A stretch of DNA of 64,000 bases from Phoronis australis (taxonomy: Eukaryota > Animalia > Phoronida), in the NCBI GenBank assembly GCA_002633005.1, contig NMRA01000099.1, positions 885,633 to 949,632 on the forward strand, in the 5' to 3' direction. Shown piece by piece: positions 24,401-38,100 of the stretch. Each line of letters begins with the position of its first letter. Positions within the stretch are counted from its first letter, which is position 1. Below the pieces are notes generated by a model, which had not been told where the DNA came from, did no database searches, and worked only from the letters and a program-made list of their open reading frames with translations. The position numbers were made by a program, and so were the translations under genes.

Positions 24401-27400
24401 TGCTGTTAATATTAATTTTATTGTACCTGTGCCATTACTCAACGCTGTTGGTTTTGTGGGCGTTTCAAGACTATGCTTATTAAAATTACCTTATTTTACC
24501 TAATAAGAAATCTACCGTGATTCAGAAGAGTAATAACTACGTTAGCCCAAAACGTTTGTGTAACTTTGTATAGTCCAGAGCCAGTCGAGCCACACCAGGC
24601 TGGCTAAGGCGTAGCCCAGACGGAGAGCTAAGCGCCTCGAATGCAAATGAGCTCAGTTCGTGGCAGACTGAATCGTAAAGATTCTCCTGCGCGCGAGCTT
24701 CACTTGTTGGATTCCTTTTTTATTTCACGCCACGTGCTTAAATCCTCGCAGCACGCGGGCGTGATGAGCTACGTGGATCACAGTCGGTAGCCCATGAGAA
24801 TTAATTATTGCATCACCTGAAAAAAACGCGTATCTCCCGCTCGCTCACTGTAACCACGTGTACTACATTTACGCTGTTTACTACGAACGTACAGTTTACA
24901 TGTCGCTGAGCATTTCCCCTCCCTGTGTACAGACAACAATGACATCAGGTAAATTTCATTTGAGGCACACAGCTCAGCTCGTGGCTTTCTCATTTTCTGT
25001 CTTTTTCAGCGTTCCGGGCCACGTACTTTAGATGTTCAGTCCGATCTTCTGGGCAAAGTTTTTGTCTGTTAACCCCTAATGTCTTTCTAGAGTCTTTGAC
25101 AATGGGGACGATTTTCTCTACAAACATTTAAATATGCCTACCTCTTTTATATTTTCTTCAGGTATCAACACAGGCGCTTTCTGTTCAGTCAGTACTCACC
25201 TAAATACTGTCGTGCTGGACAAATTCCCGGTAAGGAGACAATGTACATACAACGTATGAATAAATTATAATCTTAATTATACGTATTCCTTTGGCAATTT
25301 CTTCCTATTGTTATCGTACACCTTTTTGTATGTCATTGCCGTCAACCATTGCTGATGCTCCCGCTAGAACTTGTTTTTTCGATTGACTGACATCCTTGTG
25401 TCTTTTTAACGACGGACTAGGGGGTGCTGGACCGTGACTTATTGGAAAACTTAATTTTGCAAGATAACGCGGCGGCGCCCGACTGCAGCATGTCACAAAA
25501 CTAATCTTGAGACAAGACGTGGCGGACGCGCTACATATCGCGGCCTATCAAAATACACCCGTTCAGTTCGACTATCAAAGTAATATCTTTTACTGCCTTT
25601 TTCAGTGCAAACACAGATGTAATTAAAACCTTCGTTCAGTCGGTGACCAGAGAACAAGAATAACTGACGAGACGACGGGGCAGATGTAAAGTGACGCGTA
25701 CTGATTTGGGGAAAAGAATCGGCGAGTGGGGATAGAATCGGTCACGTGAGGGGGGAAGAGTTGGGACCGACCTGCAGAGAAATGTTGAAGAGCAACATCA
25801 AAAGTCCAAATTCCGCATTTCCCTGTTAAATAGCTGGTTGCACCATTGGTTTTCCGGCCATCACAGTCTGTCGTACGTCATGGTGGTCACATTTACTTTA
25901 ATTGAACAGTGTTATTACTTTGTCAAAATTGATATTTGGGCCAAGAGTCCAAAAGACGTATCAAACATCAGGTGATGGACACTACAATTATCGAAGATGT
26001 TTTTAGATTTGCTTAAAAGCTAACAGTTTTGTAAAACACAAAAGGCGGAAATTTAAAAATTAGACCATAATTTTTGAGGAAACAGGTCCTACGCTTTACT
26101 CACGCAGCTCTCGGGTAGAGGACTTTGAGCTATGAGCTTAACCAACAGACTCAATAATTCAAGAAGTGAAAAAGAGTCAACACATTTCGTACTGAACATT
26201 TTTCCCACTCTGTCGCCAGCTCAGACGACGATCTACGCGTCTCGCATGCACCTGATCTCACAGCTCATAGCTCACGTCTGAGGCAAAGTGAATCGCAAAC
26301 ATTTTACCTCGCGGAGCGGTGAGACGAATGTCCCACTTTTTGGGATTTTTTATCGGGCGAGCGTAAATCCTCACAGCATGCTAACGAGGTGAGCTAAGTG
26401 CCTAGTCGATTACCTTCGGTAGGTAACGAAAATTATTTATTGTGTCACCTGACCAGAACAAATCTCTTTCACTGGATCATTCTAACCGTGTATACTCAAG
26501 GTACCTAAACTACACGGTCAACGGACTCATAAACACGACTCACGGACCTGCAAACACCGTCCACTGACTCACAAACACGGGAACGGACTCAAAAACACGA
26601 TCCACGCACCCAAATACACGGGACACGGACTCACATTCACGAGGAAACATGGTTAACGGACCGCCAAACACGGGTCACGGACAAAATGAAGATGTCAGCT
26701 GACCCAGGAAGCCGATGAGTCCGTGACCCGTGTTTATGAGTCCGTTGACCGTGTAGTTTAGGTACCTTGATACTATATTTACGCTGTTTACTAAGAAAGT
26801 GACAGGTCAGTGAGCATTTTGTTCGGAGTTATTCATCTGCACTGGTAGCTAGCATTTCTACTACGTTGACTGACCACGCAGCTCATCACGAATCGTCTGG
26901 GCTGGGCTTTGTGAAGTAAAACTAATTCGACTTACAATATAGAGATGGGTACTTTTCCTGTTGTATCGCTCGGTTTGTTTTTATAGGGCGAGGAACTAAA
27001 CGCGGGAAGAATCGGACTAACTATTATCCTAGCTGGGTTAGTTGGAGCAGTGTTAGCGGGACTATGGTTGGACAAAACTAAGACGTTCAAGTGAGTGAAG
27101 TGAGGGACTGGACTACTTCTGATTCTGTCAATGTTTTGTACTGGATTCGTAGACAACAAAGTGGCCTGTGGTACAAGGTGGCCGATAACCCCGGATTTCC
27201 CCTGTTGAAAAGTATCAAATGTAGGATCTTCTTCTCTAGGAATTCAATGTTGAGTCAACCAAGACATAAATAATTCCCAAAACTGACATGCGTATCCTTG
27301 TAGAAATGTCAAACTTTGCCTACCTTTGGAATATCATATCTGGAATCAATTGATCGGATTCTAATGTTCAAACATTTTGGTTCATAAGATGTTCTCCAAA

Positions 27401-30400
27401 ACGCTTTCACTAATTGTTTTTCAGATGATTTCCCTTTTGCACGAGGCCCTACGTAAAAATGAATTTTACCAAGAAGACAACCAATGGTAGATTGGTATAA
27501 AGTCCAAAAATAAAATTCTATACACTTTCTACTTTGAGACACTATGTAATCATACTGAGTTAAATTCTATAATAGTTTTTTTTAGATATTTGGCTAATCG
27601 CGAAGGCTACCTAATGTAGCTATTCATACCTTAAAATCTCTTGGCGACTCTCAGCTCTACATGTGGAAAGTAAATTAAATTACATTTACTACCACGCGAG
27701 TTGTTCAGTTTAGCACATTTGTTGTTGTTGAATATAAATTTTACCGTTGTGTCTTTTATTTCTCCTGTAGCCATGATAACTATTGGTCGATTATTACAGA
27801 ACTGATGCTGAATTGTAAAGGATGTGCTTCGTACGTTCTAACGGGAACCCAGTTTGTTAAGAAAAACCGTGCCTATGGTGATACATGTAAATAGCACATT
27901 GGAGTGATTGGTGTTAATGTTATTTTCAGAAAAACAACGGTTGTGATTTATTGCCTCTCGTTCACCTCGCTACTGTCATACACCATTACCGTGGATTACG
28001 TCCCGTCAATAGCGGTAGTTTTTGTGTGCGCAGGATTCTTAGGGTGAGATTTCACTGAACTGATTTTACCTTAGGCTTTTTCAAAGTCTGAGGTTAATTT
28101 TGTCTGATAAATGCATGAAATCCCCGATCAGGAAAATGGTAAATACCGAAGATGGTACACCCCACACGCTTTCAACTACAAGTTCAACTGCAGTAAAAAC
28201 AAGTTTAACGCATCAAAATGGCCCTTAAAAGTTCCATTCCAGGCATGAATGGAAAATTAGAAGTTCCACATAATAATAGAACACAAGAAGTTCTACGTGG
28301 ACTAAGATGGAAAATCACAAGCGTTTACTCGCCGTGTTTCAAAACAAAGCCATGTGCTCCATTGTATACATACACAAAACGTACGGAGAGTGGGGGTAGA
28401 TGAAGTAATATCCCACGAGACATTATTTCGCGGATTAACGTCGAGCGGCATATCACTTCATCTACGCCAATCGGGGTACGTTTTGTATTTATCCCATACG
28501 CTTCGAATTCCTAAGTTTCTTTAATTTTTTAGACAATTTTTAAATACTTTACCCAGACTGTTCACGTGGCGGATCACATCATATATGTATGTTCTTGCGC
28601 GTTAGGTTACAAGTTTTCTCCAGTAAAAGAAATAGTGTAACGATTTATTACTTGAAAGGAGATAACAAAGATGAAAACAATGGTAATTGTGCACTGAACT
28701 TGTCTCATTTCCTGAAAACAGCTAAATTACAACAATTTTTGATGTTTAAGTTACTGAGGAATCGGCGTCTGAGTTGTAGACGATATATTTAGCAATTAAA
28801 AATTGAGACAGAAGTGTAGTTTTGTTCCAGATGTGAAGTTTGGAACCTGATCGCATGTTGAGTCTTACTTATACTGCTGCAATTGTATTACTTTAAATAT
28901 TTTGGGAAAGTATTATGATCAGCCTGGCTGACGACTTCGAGTCGACATTGACCTACCTTTTGAACTTTCCACGTCAGAGGAGGGGAATACGTAAAACAAT
29001 ATCAAATGGCCGTATTGCACGTAATTCAACGCGTATGGGATAAAATGCTATTTGTACTTCCCGGATATGCCCACTTATGTCTTCAACTATTTCATTTTTG
29101 ATTTAATTATGTTCCACCGATTTTGATATTATTTTTGCATAAAGCTCCTGCTTAATGCATATTTTCAGCATGTTCGTGACGGGTTACGTTCCGGTTGGGT
29201 TCGAGTTTGCCGCAGAATTGACGTACCCAGAATCTGAGGGAACCTCCTCCGGTATACTGAACGCGTCTGCACAGGTAGGCTTACTATGTGACTAACCAAA
29301 CGAAGCTCAGCGTTCTTTAAAGGTACTCTTTCCACGTTAGTCCAGTCGACGCTTAGCCCATATATGCTCACTCAACGCAACTCGAAATAGTTAAATTTAT
29401 ACGAATTTTTGGTTTAACTTTTATTTTGGTGGTGCACCATCAACTAAAATGACCGCCGTAGTGAGCGGCAGTTCACTCACTGCCGTCAATTGTAACGGAA
29501 ACGCCACCCACTTAAAAAAAAAAAAATTCTTATGCGCCCACATATACATACGTGGGTGCATATTACTGTCATTTCTGTCTGGGCCTATGGATGTCCGGCG
29601 CACGTTGCTATATTTCTGAAACCCCTTGTAAGATCTCTGTGAGCAGAGAATGGTTGGCGATGACTTTGAGACAGATTCGACAACCGCTGTGCCCTCAAAT
29701 GACCATTTTAGTTCATTTGACTGAGTTTTATGAAATTTGGCAAAGCGGTTTCTGTTGAGATGACAACGATACCTTCGCCATGAAGGCCGTATTCGATTCG
29801 GCTGGTGTCAATTTTATGGAAAGTGTGATTACTGTTGTCAATCTTATGACAAATTGTCATTTGTTTGTTTTAATATCTACCAAGTACTTAGATTGATCTT
29901 CATGAGACTTGTCTAGTCATTGAGTGTTCCCTATTGAGGAGAGCCTGTGCAGAACTGATGCTTATTTTAGGATTGACCCGATTACTGCGGAAATATTTAA
30001 AAATGTGAGCACGCTTTATTTTTTTACCGTTTGTAATTCACACGCTGAGCGCGTATTAACGCTCTGTGCTGTCTTTGTTACACTTGTAGCGACTGAATTT
30101 TTAAATAATCGAGATGAAAGCAGTAACGACGCTACCGTAAAACTTTGATAAAATGTGACCTAACGATACGAACTCGTATGTTAAGTTGAAATGAGCGATG
30201 GAAGGCCTACGCTCGCGTTTCAGATAGTTTGAGAACACCACAGAGGTTTTCTGTGGACAGTGGCCCATTTCAAGGGTTTGCTTGGCGGACGAAAAGCCGA
30301 AAACCGTGGATGACTCTATATGAAGACGAACAATTTTTAGGTAAATTGAAACACGACATCCACTTGACCATTCACTAGCTTAAAAATTTAAGGCCATGTG

Positions 30401-31886
30401 AAAACATCTGTTGATACAAATGTTGTCATGTCTTCGTCCCGACGGCGACTTACAACATGTTTTTTTATGAGTGAGGGCACTATTACATCGGAGTTCTGTG
30501 CGTCTCCATAACTTCATTTAGTGCATCCGGGACACTCGGTCACTGAATTTTCCAATACAGTTTGTGAGCGAATGTTGTATAAAAACAGTGCGACATTTCA
30601 GTTGTGCGTCTATAGCGCGGTTTGGCTGGAGGTACCCCAAACTTTTCTTGGAGTTGAAAGCACTCTTTTTTTCTTCCAGATTTGTGGCACCGTATTTTCG
30701 CTATGTCACGGTGCAATGCAAGAGGCACACGGGACATTTGCTGCCAACATGTTGATATGCGGACTTCATTTAGTGGGAACCATATTAACTGTAACTATTA
30801 AAGCGGATTACAGACGGCAGGCCGCGGCAAAGCAGGTATGTGTTCTTCTTCCGTAGACTGCGGCCACTAATGCTATTTATTGCAGCCAGGGTCCTAATGA
30901 CCAAGAAACCCAATAGTTTATGTTTCATCACGTTTCATGTATGATAGTTACGTCCGAAAGGATGGGGGGGGGAGTTGACTCAAACCCCCAACTTATAAGA
31001 AGGCATTTGAAATTCGATAGTTTTATCAAATTTTTTGCTACTGTCTCTGTTGATGTTCCCACAAAACCCAACTTGTTTAGCGGTCCGTCCTCGAGCCTTT
31101 GTATAAACAAGATAGCAGATGTAAACCGCCTGTTACCTATGTTGCCGCACCGCGGTAATTCATCTAAGGCCAGTTTGCGGTGTTATGCAACAAGATGATG
31201 GTCTTAGTGGTATCCTTGGATGGATGAAATCTGTACTCTAAACTGGTGACTAAAACAGAGTAAAGAGTATCTCAAGCGACATCATGAATTTCTGTCGCAT
31301 ACAAAGTCTAAGATATGACACTTATTCTTAAAGTTGCATTTCGTCTTATTTAGCTGGCAAAACACAACTAAGCCTTTTACTCTCATAAAACCAATCTCAT
31401 ATTATTCGTTACCATGATAGGACTCCATTACTGTAACCAACGAGAACCTTGAGACCATCAGCGACTCAAGAAGAGCTTGAAAATTTATCGGGGTTGGCCA
31501 ACCCTAAAACTGTGAATTGAAAATGCCTCCTGTACACGCATTTTCTATGGCTTAAGTTGCTGGCTCATTCGGCAACAACTCAAGATCGAATGACCGTGGT
31601 AATGTTTTTAAGCTGCAAAGCAATTGGGAAATACTTCTTTAAGGGTGTCGATGTTGTATGACAACACCAGTTGGATGTTCAAGGAAGTTCTTGTGGTTTT
31701 TTCGCATTAAATTTGCAAGGTACAAAACATGAATGAATTTAAAGATGAATTTTATTTTGCTTGTCCTGTGTCAGAACACACATTTTCACAATTTCTGTCA
31801 TTGACTGACTGATAGATTTCTTCTTCTTTTTCTAGCACATGGAAGAAATGGCAAAAGAACTTAAGGATGTCATACAAGTAACGTAA
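18486..31886 (+). CDS. FLVCR: FLVCR/SLC49-family MFS transporter (choline/ethanolamine/heme transporter-like), 9 coding exons, ~478 aa
   Basis: Exons 18486-19043, 19270-19411, 20171-20308, 25162-25229, 26987-27090, 27930-28043, 29169-29274, 30680-30835, 31836-31886. All are GT-AG, phases join and they total 1437 nt. Motifs include [74 protein letters not shown] and IKADYRR. The last exon is the least certain; read-through to a stop at 30856 is the alternative. Confidence 0.93.
21800..21862 (+). repeat. tRNA-derived SINE-like fragment
   Basis: B-box GTTCGAATCC at ~21843, with a related reverse copy near 39910-39935. No complete cloverleaf. Confidence 0.35.
22746..23443. mobile_element. Non-autonomous DNA transposon, TIR (CA)CGGCATTTTTTCACTCAGGGTGCA
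   Basis: Inverted match between 22747-22771 and 23418-23443. The right end terminates GTG; the left tip is disrupted. Confidence 0.7.
26497..26769. mobile_element. MITE with 41-bp perfect TIRs, ~22-bp internal subrepeats and 5-bp TSD
   Basis: CAAGGTACCTAAACTACACGGTCAACGGACTCATAAACACG at both ends, with atact on both flanks. Confidence 0.9.
28370..28505. repeat. Palindromic dispersed repeat; related to 8395-8440 and 29020-29045
   Basis: AAAACGTAC...GTAGATGAAGT / ACTTCATCTAC...GTACGTTTT inverted arms. Confidence 0.6.
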
Positions 31887-32154
31887 TTACAATTTGGTGC
31901 TAACGGTCAATTCATACGCAATTCATTTTGTGATATCTTTGTTTTATTGAAATATAACATTTGTGATTAGCTTCTGGTGTTCAAAATACATTATCAAGAT
32001 ATCCATTCTGACTCTCTTAAAATAACTGTCTCTTTTTAAAAAGACTTCTGAAACGCAAAAGCAATAGGGGTACTCCAGGTCACACGATAAATTGTATATA
32101 CTTCTTGGGACAGAGCATGTACCATTACACTGGCGCCATCACGGACGCTCGTGC

Positions 32155-35100
32155 TCAGAATAACACGCGTGCTGCTATGCTCAGGAGAAGAACGAAGATG
32201 CTTGGGGTGTGAAATGGTGATGAGTTAACCGGTTCGGGTTTAGGGAATCCGTTATCGGCGAAAAGTTTCTTTAAGTACGCGGCTGACTTCTTAGCTTTTC
32301 TTGGTCTCGCTGGGTCGTTGAAGTCGACGTAATGGATGCCAAATTTTTCCAAGTATCCAGAGGCCCACTCGAAATTGTCCAGGAGCGACCACGCTGTGTA
32401 ACCTTTTATATTGCAACCATCTTTTTTAGCCGCTGAAATGTTAAGTAACAGCATAGTGGAGTGGTTAATAATTGCAGTAGCGAACCAGTACTGAATCACA
32501 CGTTTGGTACTAGCCTTTTTATGGATATCGAAAACCGATGGGTTCGCATCTCTGAGCATAATATGGTGTAACCAAAACAGAATCAAGGGAGTGTCACGTT
32601 AATGATCGTCGTGGTAACCTGATATTGGATAAGTGCTACCTATATACCAGTATTTGTGACAAACTGAACCGGCTGCTTGAAATGCTACTATGAAATGATA
32701 TCTTTTAGATCGTGCTGTTTTGGATGACCGATATCTCGTAACTTGTGCATATCACGCTTCACGGGATCTTTGAAAAGGGCAATGAACTGCCCAGGTCTAG
32801 TGTAACGACAGATCTTGTCAGTGGTTCGTATGATCACCTAAATGTGGTCCTACAGGGACACAGCGTCGCAACAGAAAACAACAGGAGCACCCGGGCCTAG
32901 TGGCTGACGATGAATACTGGAGGCTTCTTATTGCGTCTTTTGTTTTTGACGCAACCTGACTTGAGACGCACATTTACTTAATGGACATCACCTTGGACGC
33001 ATTTTGGTACGCTTACAAAAGAAAAAAGCACTCGAGTAGCCAGTGGAAGATCTACGTTTTCAGTAAGGGGGGTGTTTAGGATTCGAGCGAATCCGAGGCG
33101 AGTAGCGCTGAGTGCAGGGAAGGAAACCCCCTCCCGTGTAAGATTTTTTTGTGGTTTTTAGTAGCTGATTTCGTTTTTCTGGCGAAAATTTTTTAATTTT
33201 TATTTGGTTTGAAGCCCCTGAACCTCCTCCCTGTAGATTTGCCTCTGGTAACTTGAAAGAAAACAACAAATAAAACCACAAGTGTTGTGGTAAATAAAAG
33301 TGAGTGACGCGTACTGGACGTTTTTAAAAGACAGTGTTCTTGTTCTGGGACCGAATGTGCGTGGACCAAAAGGATGAAATGGATCTCAGTAACATGAAAA
33401 GTGAGTCCACTGGGCCCCAGTATTTAGAAATGGACTAGTACAAAAACATGCACATTGTAATGGACAATTCTTTCGTCTTGTAAGCCAAGTTATTCCAATG
33501 TTATTTGCAACAATTTCCCCATGCCGTTATCCATCCGGAACAGCTCGAGTATTAAAATTAAAGGCTACCAAAATACATTATCTTTTCCGAATTGACGTCT
33601 TCATGCATTTTCTGAAGTACGAATTTTAGCGTTGCTGATATTGGTGACCATAATTTCGTCCTTGAGTTAACTTGCCAACTTTTTTGGCAAACCTATTTTT
33701 TACTCATTGTCCAAGTAACGACAGACAACATGTATACACCAGTGCAGTACCTTTCAGTACGTTGTTTATGTAGCTTCTGTAGAAATTAATTCTGTGATGG
33801 TCTTCTAAGGTTCCATTCCTGTCCGAAACCCCATTCTCGGTGATATACAAAGGAGGATTGTCGTAGTTGTCCTTTATCCAAATCAGCAGCTTACGAAGGC
33901 CCCATGGTACTACTTTGAGCCATGATGAGCCGGACCTGAAAAACGTCAACTGTGCATGCTCATGTTGAAAATATGCCTGAGATATTACGTACATTACGTA
34001 CTGTGCCGTTTCGATAGATGCAGATAAAGGCGATATTCCGGATGCTCGCATAAATACAATTTAGCAGCGAAATACTATTGATATTCGTCTAATGAAGAGG
34101 AGGCAGCCTCAATTAATTTCTCATTATCGGTACAGGTCCGCATGTATGAGTAATAAGACAGACAGTTTTAGTTGACGATTAGTTGAAATTTATAATGTAT
34201 GTACATATAATGTATACACTGGCTGGTTTATCGGTTAGTTTCGTAGATATCAGTACACTATATGGACATGTTGAAAGTCGTCTATACCCCAGCCATTTGG
34301 GATCAATTTCCTCTTTGACGTCAGGGTCGTCTCCGTAGCTTGACTCGTTCACTGTGATGGTTTTTATGTCTGATGTTATCAGCTGTGTAGTGTAGTGATT
34401 CAAGCCGAAAAAGTCGTGGGTCCCTGAAATTATGACGACAATTCTGGTACCGGTGCACACCAAAAGTCTCCCAGCCAAGCGCTGACACATTCTTCGTTTA
34501 CCGCCTTTGTAATCCGCCCCGCGCGCACTCTATGGAGAGTGTGACCACACTAACAACTACATGTACGTCAATGTTGTTGTTTCTGTTATCGAAATCATTG
34601 AACGCTTCCTTATTATACGTTCTTTTATATACAAGCTGAAACACACTACCACATTCTTTTTGCTATTCAGTCGTATTCCTGTTCCAAAATGGCTTTGTAG
34701 AGTTTTGGTATACCCAGAAACGCGTGTTAGTACAGAATTCACGCAGATGCTTTCGGATAGGGTTTGGAAGATTCTCAAGAACACTTACTTTACAACAGTG
34801 TTCCCTGCATGGCAGCTTACCTTTGATTTCTTCTATTTCACTTTTTGTGAACACCGGTAGTCGTGACTCTGGATATCCTTGAAGCTTACTTTTGTTCGCC
34901 ACCATCTCCTTCATGATTGCGGGATAGTCTCCCTTATAAATAGGATGAGCGTACCACCCGAGTTTAAACTGCATAGCTCTTTCCGACGCAGCCACGTCAT
35001 CAGGATTGTTTGGATCTTTCGGACCCTTCCAATCAGAATCCAAGGTGATGGATATTTTACCTTCAATCAATTGCACATGCATTCAATATTATACAAATGT

Positions 35101-38100
35101 CGACCTATCCTGAGGGTAAAATCATGTCATATGCTCTCCCGAGGTCAATATTTTATGATACGCTGAGGAATCGATCTATTTTTGTTTCATTATACGACCA
35201 CGATTTTATCTGTTATTTAGGTGCGAAACTTTAATTTTGGGTGTGTCAAACGTAATTTTTTTACTTATTTAGTATGCCAATCCTAAAATCCGGCTAGATT
35301 TTAGGCCCTAGTATAGGTCCTAGCGCTACTGAACGCAGAATGGTGAATGTTGGCCAATTCCCCTTTTGTCCACTGACGTCACAAGCATACTGGCGCCTCC
35401 AGTGGAGGCCCTGAGAACTCGTAAACAAGCATGCTGGCGACTGTGGTTAAAGTATTTTTTATGATTTTTCCAGAGTCGCTATGTTTTAGTGTGTTTTTTA
35501 AATAATGTTGCATGTCATACCTCTCAGAAAATTAATATTGTTCCAATAAATTAAGAAAATTGGAATATTCATTCTCGCGATCCTGCAACACCATCCAAAT
35601 GTTCTTCTGTGTTACACACGGCAAAGCCAAAGTTTTATCCCCACGCGAAATAGCCTCGTTTACGCTCGACTAAAAAGGAATCTTTCAATCATATTTATAT
35701 ATCATTCATTATTGTATTCCATGCATTATGTTTTTAGAAAAAAACGACACTCAACGTCCCACAATAAATACAAGTCTGTTCGCCAGCTTGGCTCGGCCGT
35801 TGCTAGGCTGGATACTACCGGGTTCATGAACTCGGTTTATTTACGAGTTCTCAGGGCCTCCACTGGGGGCGCCAGTATGCTTGTGACGTCAGTGGACAAA
35901 AGGGGAATTGGCCAACATTCACCATTCTGCCTACTGAACGCACGCCTGAAATGCCAACTCCGATCTCGTGATCTCTGAGATTGCGCCGCGCATGCGTGAG
36001 ATTTGTTTGCATTCATTTGTTCCGGTGTGTGTACTAGCTATTCCGCCGAATTGCATAAGAGCCATATCATTAGAAAGTCCTTGAAAGTTCTTGATAATTA
36101 TATCAGAAAGCAAAAGATAAATAATTTAATTCACAAGTAATTATCATTTCACACACCTGACTGGTTAATAGCTATTTTTAATTCCTAAAAAAGAGTGCTT
36201 CCAAAATGCGAAAAATAACAGCGTGTAATAGTAACTAAAAGAAAATGAACCAAGGAAGTTGTATAAATGTCTAGTTTAACAATTAGGGAAATAATTTCAA
36301 TGATTCAAAAGATTTCTACCCTATGAAGACAAAGCTTTTTTAATGTAGATCCTTCAAACTTGCTGTGGTAATTTATTGAAGCATTCATCCAAAACTACAT
36401 CTTTCTATATTATAATTAATCGGACCTTTGGTGCCGTGTGATACAATTATTTAGCAAAAATTCAGAATGCAGTGACATTTACGAAAAGTGCGATAAACTA
36501 CTCCAAGTATCTATCCGAAATTTGCAGACAAAGGTTTTCTGATACTGAGATAAAAATGGACAAACATCTGTCACGTGACATGTACTGTGGATAGCTCGTT
36601 ACATTGCTTGCAGTGTACGACTTTCCATAAAAGCTCTTTTCTTCAGAAAGTAAAAGTTAGTGATCCTGATACATAAAGTGTATGTTACCGAAAGCAAGAG
36701 ACACTGTAACACATTTTTGCGATTGATACGTTACTTATGTTCATAAAAAGAGACAATATTATTTTGAACACATGTTGCGCAGAAGTCACGGTCAACATTC
36801 AAGAACTAAAAAGAACAGAACAACTGGATTAAAACGCGGAACTTCAGGATAAAAAGCGAAACATCTGGGTCTAAGCCAAAACGTAAGGTTAAAATGTTCG
36901 CTGCAACACACAAAGACGGGCTGACAAGGTTTTTGTCGAAAAAGAGATGTAACCCCAAAAAATACCCAACAGCGTTGTTTGTTTGTTGTTTTTTATAGTT
37001 GAATGCGAACTTGCTGGTGCCGCAAAAACCCATTAAACGCCCGTTTTTTTCTTTTTAGTCGATCTGAAAAATATGGCTATGTCGCATGAGAAATAACAAT
37101 GATAATTTGTCAATTTGACCGTGTGCCAAAAGCAGAACATTTAGATGGTGGCGCGATGGCGGAAAAAATAAAAAGCGAGACAGTCCGAAAAAGCCGGGCA
37201 ATTAGCAAATACACAGTACGCCGTCAGCAACAGGAAGTTCTAGATTGTTTTTTTTTTCAAGGTAAACGTTTCATTTAAAAATTATTTAGCGGGCATAGAT
37301 AAATACTACAGGTAACAGTAGGCCTTATTTTCAGAAATCGAATTGACAAAACTGACGGCAACTGAGCAACAGGTAAATATTGCACAAACAAATTATTATC
37401 AAAAAGATCGAAACAATGATAATACACACACGCACGCACGCGCGCACGCACACACATACACACCTTCAATTAGCAAATTATGATTTTTTTGGAAAGTTAC
37501 TTATACTTTTCATTTAGGCCAAATGTAACTTCTTTCCGGAAAATACACGATTTTAACATCCAAAATATCTTGTTGTTTTTAGTATGATAGGTTGTCGAAA
37601 GGGGCTCTACGACTGGAGCTGAAAAGATTTTAGGGGCCAAACTACTCCCGGCATCCACCTAGGGCCACAGGTCGGTGCTTATAAAGAATAACTACTGTAA
37701 ATGTCGGGTCCGTTGACTAATTTTGCAGAGAAATCGCTGATTGTATGGAACCGTGCCTCAAGAGTCCCACTTGATTAACAAACATGACAAAATGAAAATG
37801 AATCAATGGTTTGATTTGATAACTACAACTCTCCATTAAAACTCAGTCGAACAGGTAGCAGGAAATTCTCAGGGCAAACTATCGCGGCTATTCTCGGGGT
37901 CCCAAGCTCTAATCAGAATGGAATACATAGGTCACGTGAGGGAGTTGGCATTCCAGGGCTGGAGTGATTTTAGGTAATTCTATCGGACACCTAGAAGTCG
38001 GAGTCGGAAATCGAGAATACAGCAGAGCTTGTTAGTTTTTTAGCCCTCTTCATAGCTAATAACTTCAATAAGTCCATCCTAATACCCAGAAATAATCCCA

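Noticed and set aside
26515-26690. Regularly spaced ~22-bp repeats resembling a CRISPR array
   Set aside because: No unique spacers, eukaryotic intron, and enclosed by MITE TIRs with a TSD.
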